A DNA stretch of 64,000 nucleotides from positions 12,112,101 through 12,176,100 of the forward strand of contig NC_092677.1 in assembly GCF_964355755.1 (NCBI RefSeq), in the 5' to 3' direction. Both the position numbers and the translations under genes were made by a program. The stretch is from Antedon mediterranea. Taxonomy: Eukaryota; Animalia; Echinodermata. The notes beneath the pieces were generated by a model. That model saw only the letters and a program-made list of their open reading frames with translations. It searched no databases and had not been told where the DNA came from. Of the stretch, positions 27,901 to 42,900 are shown piece by piece. Numbering within the stretch: position 1 is the stretch's first letter; every line of letters begins with the position of its first letter.

Positions 27901-30900
27901 TGCAATGAAGCAAATAATTTCATTTTGGTGAAAGGTTATATTATCTATATTATATGTGTGAGAGTTCGTACATTTGTCTGTTCGTTTTCTGTTTGTCCGT
28001 TATACAAATGACCGCAATTGTACCGGGAAAGTTCTAAACTATATTTCAACATCATACGCCATCTAGGATCCAATTTAGGGGCCAAAATGGATGTTTGTTC
28101 ATTATACAAATTTCTGTTTACTGCATGTACAGTAACCATACATACGGGGTATCAAAATGATCGCAATTGTACTGGGAAGGTTTTAAACTACATTTTAAAA
28201 AGTCCCGGATTTGGTGGGAGAGGGGGGGATTTTTAGGATCGGAGTAGTAGGCTATCAAATTGACCAGAATTGTGGTAGGAAAATGTTTTTTAAGTATCCC
28301 TGGGAAGGAGCTGGGAGTTTGGGGTGGGATGTATCACCATGACCGAAACTGTACTGGGAATGTTTTAAACTACATTTGAAAACTGCCACTGAGGGGTTAT
28401 GGGTTGGGAGTGATGGCATAATTTGTACTGGAACCATCTTAAACACATCACCCAGTATCTGGGGTGTGTTGGGAGGGAGGAGGAGTGGAAATACTGGCGT
28501 AATGAAGTAGCCTATATGATTGGAATTGTACTAGGTAAATTTACTACATTTGAACTGTCCAGGGGAGGAGTTTGTTGATTATGGCTGGGATGGTAAGAGG
28601 AGAAAGAAGGCTGGGAGACCACAGTATCAAAATGAGATATTTTAATTATCAGCCAATATGACACATATACATTTACACAGTTTACAACGTACTTAAACTA
28701 TACTCAAACTGCACTGGGAAGAATTTGTTTTAAAAAAAAGAGTGTGTGGTTTTATTGAAGAGGGATAGAGGTTGGTGAGTATAGGGCGTCAGGTGTTATG
28801 TACTGAGAAGGCTTTAATCTAATTTTGAAACCCACCCTGGGGCGGGTATAATTGCTAGTAATAATATATTATATGACACATAATTATTTGCCACATTGCA
28901 TGAATTTAAAACATTCATTATTTATTTTTATTCATTTAATATTATATTAACTACTGTGAATTATGCTTACTGCAGTAAAAAGGTTGCTAAACAATTGCAT
29001 GAACAGGTTAGAATAATCAAAATGTAGTTAGTTACTGCAGTAATTGTTACCTGGGCATCCTAGAATTTCGATTCTCATGCTTAGTTTATTTGAGTTGGTA
29101 TCCAATGGATGTATACGTATATATGCAGCATAAACATGATAAGGAAACATATTTCTGACTGGTGTTGTCATATCCGAATTACCAGAAAACACCTAAATAT
29201 GAGATAATTAAAAATAAGAGTTTTGTTTTTAAATATTTATTAAACAGTTGAACCTCATACAATTTTGATACTTTTTTAAAATTATCTTTATTTGGAAGCA
29301 GTTTTAAACTTCAGAAAGCTGAACGTGTATTAGTACTATTCATTATCACCGTTATATATTTTGATGTGTCAAATTTTTGTATAACATTAAAGCTGTAATA
29401 TTGTAAAATGTTGAAAAGAACCTCTACCTCTCCCCATTTTTTACTTCTAAAAAAAGCTAAAATCTTCCATTCTTCCTTTAAAAAAAAAATATTTCTTTAA
29501 AGATGTAATAGAAATAAAAACAATACTCACTATCATTTCACAACTTGTGTTCATAATTTGTTTAAAGTTGATGGCATCAAGACTGTAAGAAACTTTGTAA
29601 GATTTAACCCATTGTTCGTCAGAAGATCCTTGTGTGATAACTCCAGATACTTCTTTTAAAGCACCAAAATGTACTTGTAACCAAGGATAATTATCTATTT
29701 TGTGGGCTTTCCAAGCTCCTTTGCCTTCATTTCTGTTAAGTCGACCATAATAAGCATACGCTCTATCAGAATCTTTTGTACTTGATGAAGTCATTTGATC
29801 ATTAGCAATCGTTCCATCTTCAACTCCAAGTGGGCTGATGCAAGAACCTAAAATTCAAATTAAAAAATTATAAAAAATAATAATCAACAAATAAACAAGA
29901 TTGTATATCATATCATATCATTTATTTCGCCAATATACAGTACAGTACAAAGTAAGACATAAAATAAAACATTACAAAAGTAAGTCAATGAGGCCGAATT
30001 ACCTAAAAGTTATAAATAAAAATAACCGTTGAGAGGCTCTCCACATCGAAATACTTACATAAAATGAATAACACACAACAAAAAAACATGAATTCCTATA
30101 AAATTTAGATAAAACTATAAAATTTAAAGAAAATAATATAAGTTATTTTGAATAGCAAGTTACCACATTTTTCTTTAGAGCTTCCGATGTTGCAATCTTC
30201 CTCCTGCATGTCAACACCAGTGTAACACCAAGTGTTATTATGATGGCCTGGGTTACGACAAAAATTGTGATCACCCAAGCCTGCATCAGGGTCGCTTTCT
30301 AAGTGTTCCTGTAATGTCCACTTTTCGCATGTTTCTCCAGTGACTGTTGTATTTTGTTTACCTCTGTAATCGATGCCATTCGTGGTTTCATAACATTCTG
30401 AAAATTACAAATACAAAATAAAAACCATCCTCAAAAACTGTTTTACAGGTGGCCAAGAAATAAAAATCAATTTTGTATAAACAAAATGGCACAGACAAGT
30501 CATGCCTTCTTCAAATATTATCAATTTCATTAAAAAAAAAATGTTTTACGCATACAACAATGCTAATTACACAGGATGGATGAACTATAATCATGAGAGT
30601 GTAGTTGAAAGAGTAGCGAGTTACAACAAGGATTGAACCCTGGACTTTGTGATTGCAAAGTAAGGACGCTAAGCTAAACTTACCACAATCTGCTTTTGGA
30701 TGTCCGATATCACAATATTCCCAAATTACATCTGCTGTATAACACCAAGCTGTATGACTTCCATTTGGGTTTCGGCAGAAATTGTTATTTCCCAGTCCTT
30801 TGCTGGCATATTCCAGCTGCATCTGTATTGTCCATTGCTGACATGGTTTACCAGTATGTGTGTTATTTATAGAGCCTCTATAATCTGACCCATTGGCTTT

Positions 30901-33900
30901 TGCATAGCATTCTGTTACAACAAAAGAACATACTGTAACCAGTTTTAAAATAACAAATTATGACTGATATTGGAGTAGAAGCAGAATGAATTGGGATTTT
31001 TTCAAAATCCAACAGTGAGTTATGATTGGAGAGATTTAAAAGAAGAATCATGCAACAAATAAAGCCTTATTGTCTACACTATCAAACTTTATGTGTCAAA
31101 AAAACGTGATGTGCTTATATATGCACATGATGATGTGATATCACTAGCATATTTAAGCATAGCACTACCATATTTTGGTACATCACATTTTTTTGACACA
31201 AAAAGTTTGATAGTGTAGACATAGCTTAAAACAATGAAGTAATACAATTGTTTATCCTTGGTTATTAGAAACAATCAATATACTACTTTTCAGCCTTTTG
31301 GCTTCCACTCTATGAGTTTTTTTTAAATAAAATGAGTGAAAGAAGAAAATCGCAAGCCAGTCCAATAATAGTTTAGTTTTCAATAATAGAAATGTATATA
31401 TACTTTACCATATGTGATTGCAGCACAAGCAGGATTTAATACTTTTTCCTGCATACATGAATCTGGTGAAAATGAAAGAGAAATTATTAAAATGTGAATG
31501 AGGAAATAAAATGTGTATTTGTGATGTACCCAAATATGGTAGTGATATACCCAAATATGGTAGTGATATGGCATCATCATGTCCATATATGGGCACATCA
31601 CATTTTTTTTGTCACATACAGTTTGATAGTGTAGACAAGGCCTTAGTCAAGAATTTACTGTGGTTGGTTATATTTCATGGACACAGAAACCCTCCTTGTG
31701 GACATCCTGTGAAATGCACGAGGGACATTATATATTTTAACACTACAGCCAACCCTGATTCAAGGGGGACACTGCTTTCTATCTATATTCTGTTGGAAGC
31801 TGAAGGTCTATAATCTAGTTCTTGATTGTGTAACAGCCATCAAAACGTAATTATACTATGGTGTGATGCAGTGCTAAGCATGCGCTTTACCAGAATCATC
31901 AGTAATCGTCCCATCTTCAACTCCAAGTGAGCTGATGCAAGAACCTAAAATATCTCTATCAAAATAGTTTGACAAAAATGTGTGATGTGTCCAAATATGA
32001 TAGTGATATGCCCAAATGTGGTAGTGATATGACATCATCATGTCCATATATGGGCACATCACATAAATTTTGATAGTGTAGACAGAATTTAAGCGCTGAA
32101 CATAGAAAGTGTAAATATATATATATATAATAATAATAATAAATGAAAACTTATATAGCGCCGGTATCCTCCACCCATGTGGCGCTCATGGCGCTTTGTG
32201 CATTAACAACGTGCGAGAACATCAGCGAATAGCGACGTCTTTAGGTTGGTCTTGAAACTGTTTAGACTAGTTGAGCATTTAACTGTTGCTGGTAAGCTGT
32301 TCCATACACTTGCGGCCGCAACGTAAAAAGATCTCTGACCCCACTGATTTTTCGCTCTACACTCTTGAAGAAGGTTTTGTGACAATGATCGTAGGCCTCT
32401 GCGGGATGATTCGTAACGATCCACAAGGTCAGATAAATAAGCAGGAGCACTGTCATTTAGGATCTTGAATACAAACAACGCAAGTTTGTACTTAATACGT
32501 TGTTGAACAGGCAACCAATGCAAATCCATCAGGACAGGAGTTATGTGAGCGTTTGATTTTGTATAAGTTACAATTCTAGCTGCCATATTTTGCAAGCGCT
32601 GCAAACGTTGTATTTGAGATTTTGGTATGCCAAACAACAAGGCATTACCAATGTCAATTTTAGAAGTGACAAATGAGTGTACAATCAATTCAGCTGTTTT
32701 CTTGTTAAGATTACCGCAAATACGACCAAGGTTCCTAATCGATATGCATGCAGCTTTGGATACAGTTGTTATTTGTGCTTCCATAGTGAGATTACTATCC
32801 AGCATGATTCCCAGATTCCGAACCACCGATGAGGGAGCGATGTTAGAGTTTCCGATTCTGATATGTGTGATGTTGATTTTGGAGATGTTACATTTAGACC
32901 CGACGATAATAAACTCCGTCTTTCCATCATTCAACTTTAGGTAATTTGTTGTCATCCAATTGCAAACATCTTCTATACAGGCTTCCATCTTACTGATTGC
33001 TGCAGCAACATCCCTTTGCACTGGATTTACTGACACATAAATCTGTGTATCATCTGCATAGAAATGGAAATGTAGACTGTGTTTGCGAATAATGTCACCA
33101 AGGGGAAGCGTATAAATGGAAAACTGGCCAGGCCCAATTACTGACCCCTGTGGTACACCATATTCCAGGCAAGCTTCATCTGAGAATGCATCATTGATAC
33201 AGACTAGCTGACGTCTTCCTGTAAGATATGACTGGAACCAGTTAAGAGCAACACCATTTATGCCAATGCGATTTCTCAGACGGGTTATCAGTCTTTGGTG
33301 ATCAACTGTATCAAACGCTGCTGACAAATCCAACAACACCAATAGCGTTATTTTCCCATCATTCATTCCTTGTAACAAATCATTCTGTACCTTTAAAAGG
33401 GAACTCTCCGTGCTATGACATGCACGATATGCCGACTGGTAATTCTCATTTAAATTATGCTTTTGAAGATATGGAGTAATGCGTGATGTCACTACACGCT
33501 CCAGAGTCTTTCCAAGAAAAGAAAGATTCGACACCGGGCGGTAATTTTTCAGCGTGTTATGATCCAAGTTTTGCTTTTTTATTAAAGGACGAACGTGAGC
33601 AATTTTCAGTTCATCTGGCACTATGCCGGTATTAAGAGAATGGTTAATGATTTCCGTTATTATTGGAACGACTGCGTCTATACACTTCTTCAGTATAGAA
33701 GTAGGAACTGGATCTAACCTGCATGATTTTGTTGGTGATTTCATCAGAATGTTGCGGATCTCATCTTGAGATGCTGGTGTAAATGTTGTGAGATGCTGAT
33801 GAACAGCTGTCACAGGCTCATTAAATGACATGTCATCAATCTTGAAGTCGTCTCTGATGATCTTGATCTTGTGTACAAAGCAGGAATGGTTGCTTATAAA

Positions 33901-36900
33901 GCAGGAAATTTCCTGCTTTATAAGCAACCATTCCTGCTTTGTACACCATAGCTTTTGGAGGCGTGCCTTTATAACTATGCCTTTTGTTTGTTAACATTTT
34001 TGATTGGTTGATTTGTTTTATTATGTAATTTTGTGACTTATATATGTTATCCTTTGTTACAATTCTTTTCACCTGATGATGGGCTATGCCCGAAACATGT
34101 CGTTAAAATAAATCTATATTGAGGCAGTTTTAACTTATTTGATCTTGATTTTTATATATATATATATATAAATGGCTAAAGTTCAAAGGATCAGTCACCT
34201 TAACAGCTTTCAGATTGCATACATGTGTATTCAGCCATCAAAATATAAATAAACTATGGTGTGGTGTCTATTTATATCGCTTATTTTACCATATAAGTAC
34301 CACAACCATTGGTATTAAACTTACCTTTGTAACATCCTAGAATTTCAAAATTCCCCTGACAAATATCTTCTCCAAAAATATGTGGATATATATATATGAC
34401 TTTGGCATATACAGGAAGAGTGAACATATTGGTAACGTGACAGTTTGTGCTTGAACCTGGAAAAACCTAAAAGAAAATTAAACTAATAATCAGTAAACTC
34501 ATTTGTAACATGTAATAAATTAATCATGTTATATATTATTTTATTATTTTATAAAATATTCAAGATTTAGGAGAAAAAACAATTTAATTTTATTTTGTTA
34601 TGTTTATGTTATATGTACACATGTTTATATTTTCAAGATTTTACAAGTAAAGAATAATTATTATTACTGTATAATAATAACTTTTTTCCTACTAAATTAA
34701 TTGTTAATATTGTGGTAATTAATTAGTTAATTTTAGTAGCATATCATTATTAAATGCATTAACAAATCCAGGTTGCTGGGACACTCATTGCTTAGGGTGG
34801 TTGAGGCCATTAATTTCCCTGGTTCTTGCACTGCCTTTCTATGCATGGTGGCTCACGCGTTGCTGAGTCACTTTGGGCGAGTCACTTGTGGAGCTTTTTT
34901 TTCCTTTTGTATTTTACATTTTTTTTGTGTGTAAGGCTTTTATATGTTTACCGTATATTAACAATTGTAAATGAGTGCCCCATTTTGGCAGTTATGGCAC
35001 TTACATTTTTTTGTATTTATTATATTGTTGATGCTTTATGGAAATAAAGATACCGATATATATAAATTTGGCACCACTATTAATAATTCATTTGAAATGT
35101 TAGTGATACTTACTGTTGTTTCACAATTTATGTTACTAATTTGGTTAAAGCTAGTACCGTCCACACTATAACCAACTTCATAGGATTTTGAACTATTTGT
35201 TTTTAGTCCTGTTACTTCTGCTAAAGTTTTGAGATTCAAATGTAATGGATCATATGGGGATTGTGAACACTGTTGTGTTTGCCCATGTTCCAGCTCCAGG
35301 TCCTCACTGCAGAGGTCTGTTAAACATAATTTAATTATTAATTATCTCATAATGAAAACATTTTAATCAATTTTAAATTAACATCTAAACAATTGTATTA
35401 AAAAAATAAATGATAACATTCTGACACAGTGGCTATTATATAACACCTATATAAATTCCTGTCATTTGATTGGACGAATGTGGGTCACATGGCGTGCAAT
35501 AGTACGCACTATTCAACGATCGTTAAATAGTACTTTTTGAAACATTTTTGTGTACGAAAAAAAACGTCTAGATGTTATATAAAACAAATAATGAATGTTT
35601 TGTATTCATGTAATGGTACAAATAATGGCACTTGGTGAATGATGAAAGGTTATATCAACTCGGCTTTGCCTCGTTGATATAACCTTTCATCATTCACCTC
35701 GTGCCATTATTTGTACCATTGCACTCATAAACATTCATTATTTGTATATTATTCAACAGATCACAATTTTATAATATAATTTATTTGACATATGACTATG
35801 AAAGAGAACATTTTAATATGACTATAATACTTCCAAATATCATAATGTATTACAGTTTAAAAAGTTAAGTATTTAAGTGCTGACCGAAGGGATGACCGCT
35901 ATGATTTAAGGGTCATCTAAAATAACACTGTACGTCTGAATCCTTTTTCTATAATATAAGTTTACTGATTTTTCACGGATGGTAATTGTTAAGAAAATTC
36001 CTCATTTTCACATAAAGTCATATGGTTTCAAAATGAATTTAAAGTGTTCATTAAAAAAATATAAAAAACTATCATAAATTAAATACTAAATATGAATACT
36101 TACCATTTGATTTAATTCCTGAAATTAACAAGTAAAATATTTGTATATAAATAAAAATGTTTTTAAATGATGATAATAATAAAACCAAGAATACAATTTC
36201 AGAATTCTTTTCCCAAAGGAATGACGACAAAAAAAAAATTATATAAAATATATAAATATAAAAAATATATAAATAAAATTATTGTTGATATAAAGTTTGC
36301 ACACCACATATATTAATTCTGAAAAGAACTTTTCAGAACTAATACGTGGTGTACCGCAGACTTTTTATCAACATTTGATTACACCATGCAAACCTTTAAA
36401 CAATAAAATTATTAATTAATAATATAATCATAGTAGGATTGCGATTGGTGCATACATGTTTAGGTCATGTACATGTTCACATATAGATTCAACATAAACA
36501 ACGCTCCTCTAGAAATTGCACATTAAAACTAGATTTGAACTCGTCACTTTGACGAGTTGGTTATCCGCACGATAAACGTCACGCCTACTACGTCCCTGGA
36601 TAAGTTGTTAACCACAATTTAGCGCGTAGTAAAATTGCACGCACAGTAAAATAGCCAATCAGAACTTAGTCATATTTGTCCTGCTACATTATAGCAAGGA
36701 AATAAATGATTTGGGCTATACCAAACTCTGTTTACAGTATATACTGTATAAACAGTATAATCTGTATACATATTACATACAGTGTAGAATAGGTGAAATT
36801 AAGGGACCCGCCATTTATTCCTATTTTTAACATGGCGACAGTATCAAAATGAAACACTAAGATAGCAATTTCGGAAAAACATTATATCAGCAACAGCATA

Positions 36901-39900
36901 TTAACGTGAAGAAGAAATTTGAATACGTAAAATATAGATGCGCACTCTTTTAAATGTGATGAAATATGACAAAAGATGAAAATACGACTTTTTTATTCAA
37001 AAGGCCATAACATGACGTCACAACATCCGATTGTTAAAATGTTCACATGAATTCGTATCGAATAGCTTCCAGAAAACGTTTTAATCATGATTATCACTTT
37101 TATTCTGATGAGCTATAACAGATTGAAATTTACTGTAAATATGAAAATAAGTGACCCATGTTATTTACATTTTTAGACATGATGACGTCATAAAAATTAA
37201 AATATTTTTAATTCATGCGAAAGATAGTTAATTGACGAAGAAAATATCAAAATCTGGGTTAAAATTGAAAACGGATAAGTGGAGATGCGCTCTATTAAAT
37301 GTGATGCGCTATGATGAAAGATACAAAAATCCTATATTTTATATTCGGATGGCCATACGATGACGTCACAATGTCTGGTTAGCCATATTAATACATGATC
37401 CGATATCTACAACTCATCAACTTCCAGAATATGTAATAAAAACAACTTTCACTGTTTACAGTAGTTTAGAAACTACGACTGTATTTTTTAACTTTTTCAT
37501 CAAAAACGCGCGCAAATTGTCCAATTCTACGTGCTCGTATGACGTAATTTTAAGTCAAAATTGTTTAAAGATTGGTAAAATTACTAGAAAAGGCTGGAAA
37601 AACATAAATCACTCGAAAAAAATAGTTTTTAACTCTATGTGCACGTGTGGGAATTTTTGATAAGCTCGAAAAGACATGAAACGCGTAGAAAGTTGATTAA
37701 AAATAGATTTTTTGCATTATAAAATTTTAAACTTTCTTTGAAACATGCAATTTTTTTCCACAGACAGTTAGCGCAAGATATAAATTAAACTTTTGTTAAG
37801 TTTCAATTTAATTGTTATATGGTTTTCGATTTATGTTAAATACGCGAAATTCGTATAAACGCGTGTAAGTCATGCTGCGCAACTCTGACGTCATTAAAAA
37901 ATATGAGGTGCACAACTTCATGTGAATGCCCATATGTTGACAAAGTTATGAAATGTTATGTTTACACGTTTTTTAGTTACGCGAGACACAAAATTGACAG
38001 AAAGAATAATACAGAAAAAAAAAGATGATTTCAAGCAATTACAAGAAGTTATCTGCTGAATGCGGATAACTAATTAGTGATAAACGCATTAACAACCAAC
38101 ATAACTTCTGTAAGAAATTTTTAAAATAGAAACTAAAATAATTTGTATTCACTTACCAAAATGTTCACAAAGAAAAGAGCGCCCTTGTACATCACAAGAA
38201 ACATTTTTAAATTTGAAATCAGAATTTACATTCAAAACAGTACATTTCTTTGACTCGTCGAACTGAGTCAATGACCAGGCACCATATGACAATGAAGTTT
38301 TATCTGGCCATAAAAACCTATCCGATTGCAAATCATAGCGGAGTCCAATAAGCAGTGGTTGATTTATTGAGCAAAAGTGTTCTGAAAAATGTTCTTTAAT
38401 TAGTTCATATTCTGATTGTGTTTCTATCATGGCTAAATAAGCTCCATCATTTTCACACATGTTTGTTTGATGTTCATCTTCATAGATCTTATAACAGGAA
38501 TAGCTTATACTTGACAGAGAAACATATCCTGTTTTACATTCTGTAAACAACAAAAAATTAATTAAATAATAATAAATTAATGTTTTTTAGAAGTCAATTA
38601 CAGTGTATGTGATAAAAATTGTTGATAATCTCTAGTATGCAGAATCCTGTAACATTTTTCACAGCCAAAAATTGGTAGTTCATTAGTGATCTGTATAAAG
38701 AGTATTTAATACTAATATGCTAATATCAACCTTATTGGTCTGGTCGATGGAATATATATGTAAAGATAAAAATTAGCATAAACCTCTGCCTACACTATCA
38801 AACTAGTTACAAAGCTTAACAATAAAGATACACATTTCATTCACATATCTTGTGTGCAATTTTTCATCTCTATAAAGCTTGGTTTCCACTTGGATGCATG
38901 TAGTAATTAGGCACAGAGCAATCCAAATATTTAAATTGATCCATTGCTTTGTGTCAAATTACTTATGATGTCCTTGAGCATCTAAGTGGGAACCAAGTTC
39001 CAACAAAAATTGAAAAGAAATTTACCAGAAACTGCCAGTTCTAATTCTGAACTCGGACTTTCATAAACAACCTCATAGGAACTAATCCTTTTTCCAACAG
39101 TAATCGAAAACATTTTTGAAGTTTCAGGAAAAAGATTTGGAATGACAACAGTAGTTTGATCAGTCTGTGCCATTACAGTATTTGAACTGTTCTCTAGTCG
39201 CATCAAGACACGGTAGGACCTCGTATAGCTTTGGTCAACTTCCCAGTTCAAGACAACATTAGTGCCAATGGATTCAAAAGTCAGTGTGTGCACATCAAAG
39301 TTATCTGTAACAAATTAATTAATAAATAAACACGTGTAATTGAAATTTGAAAATTTAAACAATTTTAATGACTGTAAAAATGCAAATATTCAAATGCAAA
39401 TGTTGAAATGCAAATATACTTACGATTATCAGTTTTCTCAAATGTGGTGAATGCTATAAAATATAATTCTTCTGTTATTCAAGAACATAATAAAAGAAAT
39501 AAAGAACCTGCTTCCTAAAGTCTTATAAGTTTGATTGAAGAGCAAACTACTGTATTACCAAACCCTTTGGCCATTCCCAATTTGGCTAAAGCTCTGTCTA
39601 CTCTATCAAACTAAATGTGATGTGCCCATATATGGACATGATTTGAGCACATCACACCTTTTTTGTCAAACTAGTTTGATAGTGTAGACGGAGCTTTATA
39701 GAAACACCCTTAAAATTAAAAAATGGTCAATGAATGTAGGGAAGGCTGACACTCTCTCTAGTTCTGCAGTGAAGAAATCAGCATACAGTGTATGTATTAA
39801 AGCCTATTGTTCCTACGGTTGTATTTAAACAGCACTTTGTCCCTTCATTTTTTAAAATATTTATATATTATATAAATTATTTTATGTAAAGCTCTGTCTA

Positions 39901-42900
39901 CCCTATCAAACTTGTTTGACAAAAAATTGTGATGTGGCCAAATATGGTAGTGATATGCCCAAATATGGTAGTAATATGACATCATGTCCATTTTTGTTAC
40001 ATAAGGTTTGATAGTGTAGACAGAGCTTAACACTTACTTATTTCACAAACAAATTTTTTTAATTGATTATCACAAGAGATAGTTTTCCATTTCCCGGTTT
40101 CTACAAACAATGCAACACAATTGGAATCCGCAATATCCATTGAACTTTCGTAGAAATCTGTAAGATCAAAAGTATTTTTTTCCATGTTATGGTTTTCTAT
40201 AAATTTTCGATTTCTTCCTTTTCCTCATATCTTACGCACTTATGTTTTATTAGCACTCTAAAAATATAAGCATGTTAATAAAGGATTTTCTGTTTCTACT
40301 GACATGAATGATATTACTAGGTTAATTATTACTGGGTTAAGTATTACTAGGATAATTATTACTAGGTTAATTATTACTAGGTTAATTATTACTAGGTTAA
40401 TTATTACTGGGTTAAGTATTACTAGGTTAATTATTACTAGGTTAATTATTACTGGGTTAAGTATTACTAGGTTAATTATTACTAGGTTAATTATTACTAG
40501 GTTAATTATTACTAGGTTAATTATTACTAGGTTAATTATTACTGGGTTAAGTATTATTAGGTTAATTATTGTTTGTAATAATAGCCCTTTGGAAATTGGG
40601 AGTTTGGCCATTTATCAGACATAGCAAGATTACGATTTGCAACAATCAGTGGCCAAACTATGTCATGTTAATTTCTTGTTTGTATAGGACGTGTTTCCTC
40701 ACTCCTCACCTCAACAAAGTTTTTGGTTTCTAGACAACTACCGAAATTCATTGAGCAGACCTAGTTAGATTGTCTGTGCATCGCAAATCGAAAACTTCTT
40801 ACTTACTTATAGGTATGCAGTGCATGGAGACACAGAAGACAAATATTTGTTGAGGTAAAGATTGTTACTCACTTTCATATTCACTCCATTCGTTTGTTCC
40901 AACCCATTCAAATACTCCATGGATATTTTTACTGTGATAGCCAATGAAAAACTCTTGAATTCTGTTCAGTTTCTGGTATGTTTCCCTTATAAACTCATTT
41001 TCTTCAAGTGAGCTTATCACAATCAAGTTCCCACCCCTTTTAATACAATATTTTTCTGCTCTATTCCAAGAAAATGTACGTGAACAGAAGTAATAGTATG
41101 ATGAGTTATATGCAATCCATCCAGGTGGGATTGAGTCTAACAAAAACAAAATGGAGGTAGTTAGAATTTACACAATAACTATATTGTTTGTTGTTTGTTT
41201 TCAAAAGACTGAGTGTACTTTTAATGTAGATTAAGTGCAAAGGTAGCATGTACGCTGCCTCAACAGTATCTTGGCAAAGATGTATGGGCAGGGAAGAGTG
41301 ACATTACAATTGTATGTTGGAGTGATTGTTCGTCACATTGCTTGAGTCTTAAAGAAGACACTTAACTTGCCTCTACACACAGGTGTACAAATAGGTCTGG
41401 AATGGTTAAAACAAACATGCGCTGAATACAACTGTAGGTGCAACATTCTAGAGCTGAATGTGTTCCTTATGTGTTTGATCAAATGACCGTGGTAATAATG
41501 TGAGACTTTGGGCACTAAGTGCTATTTAATAGCAAAAAAAGTATTATTAAATTATCAAATTGTATTATGTAAAGGAATGGAATGGAAACTCACATTTGTG
41601 GCAAATTCCTACTCTAATACCATTATCATGATCACAATTCAAAGTGTTCAATGTATCATCTTTATAATAAACACAGTCATGTGAAAAAGCACTTTGCAAC
41701 CCTACAAGATTATACAAAAAAAAGCTTATATCAGATACAATGACATAATTTTCGGCAAAGGCACATGGCGAATTAAATAAAATTGTTTACTTTATATATT
41801 TCAGTATATCTTTATTCAAAAAAAGTTAAATGACACAAACAGCCGATGGCTGAAACCGTAGTCGTACATTATAAATATAAATATACAATCATGATAAAAA
41901 CAGGTAAAATATAAAATATATAAAAAAGCAGATCATGAAAATAACATTACAAAACATTAACTACATTTAACAGTCTAGCTATAGTAGGAACAGGTGATTT
42001 CTTAAATCGCTCAGTTCTGCCAAACGGAATACGAAGGAGGGGGCGAGACCGAAGGCCGACATCAAGTTCGCGACAATGAGGGAGCATAATCCGAAATATG
42101 TCAGAGGCAAGAAGTTTCTCACCAAAAGACAACACCAGACCCACCCTCCTCGTCGCAAGCGATGGGAGGCCGGCGATCTTTGTGTATATCTGAAAGAATG
42201 AGTGTCTTATTCTATGATCGCAATGATCAACAACTTTTAAGAATTAAAATATATATAAAAGCAAATACCTGGAGCATATATAAAGGGAACACGATAATTG
42301 TATCCATTCCAGAAATAAACATTATCTCCTTTCTTGCGCATTCCAATCAACAGCATTCCATTCCATTGATTAAATATACTATTATTTTTGAGCATGTTCA
42401 ATACAAATAGCTTGATATTGACAGAAGTAATGTGGACTAAATGTGAATGTTGACCCTTGCAATGGTCACTCGCTCTGTCCCAAGTAAGTGTATCATTTGT
42501 AAACATGTGAAAACATTGATTCTCAAAGCTAAACCAACCAGGAGAGCATTGACCTGTAAAAAAAATAAACAAAATTCATTTTCAAAAATTCCTTTAATTG
42601 TTGGTATAGATTTTAAATATTGATTTTGCCGGGTTCATAAAGTCCCCCAAAGCCCTTTAAAATTTCATAATAAAATATAACTTTCAGGCTCTTCTCTCGG
42701 AATGATACATTTTTTGTGATAATGTGATATAATGATATACTTTTATATTTAAGAAATTGACCTTTGTATCGGAATTCAAATAGGTTCACAAACTTGACCC
42801 AGAAAGTCCAAAGGAGAGTTTGTCCAGATGTTTTAATGACCATTTAGTTTATAATAGAATCCCTAAAGAAAACACTTAGCTTAATTTTGTGACTTTCCCA

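Noticed and set aside
40258-40624. ORFs on both strands (VIINL and LIITR repeats)
   Set aside because: Translation of a stop-free 15-bp minisatellite.
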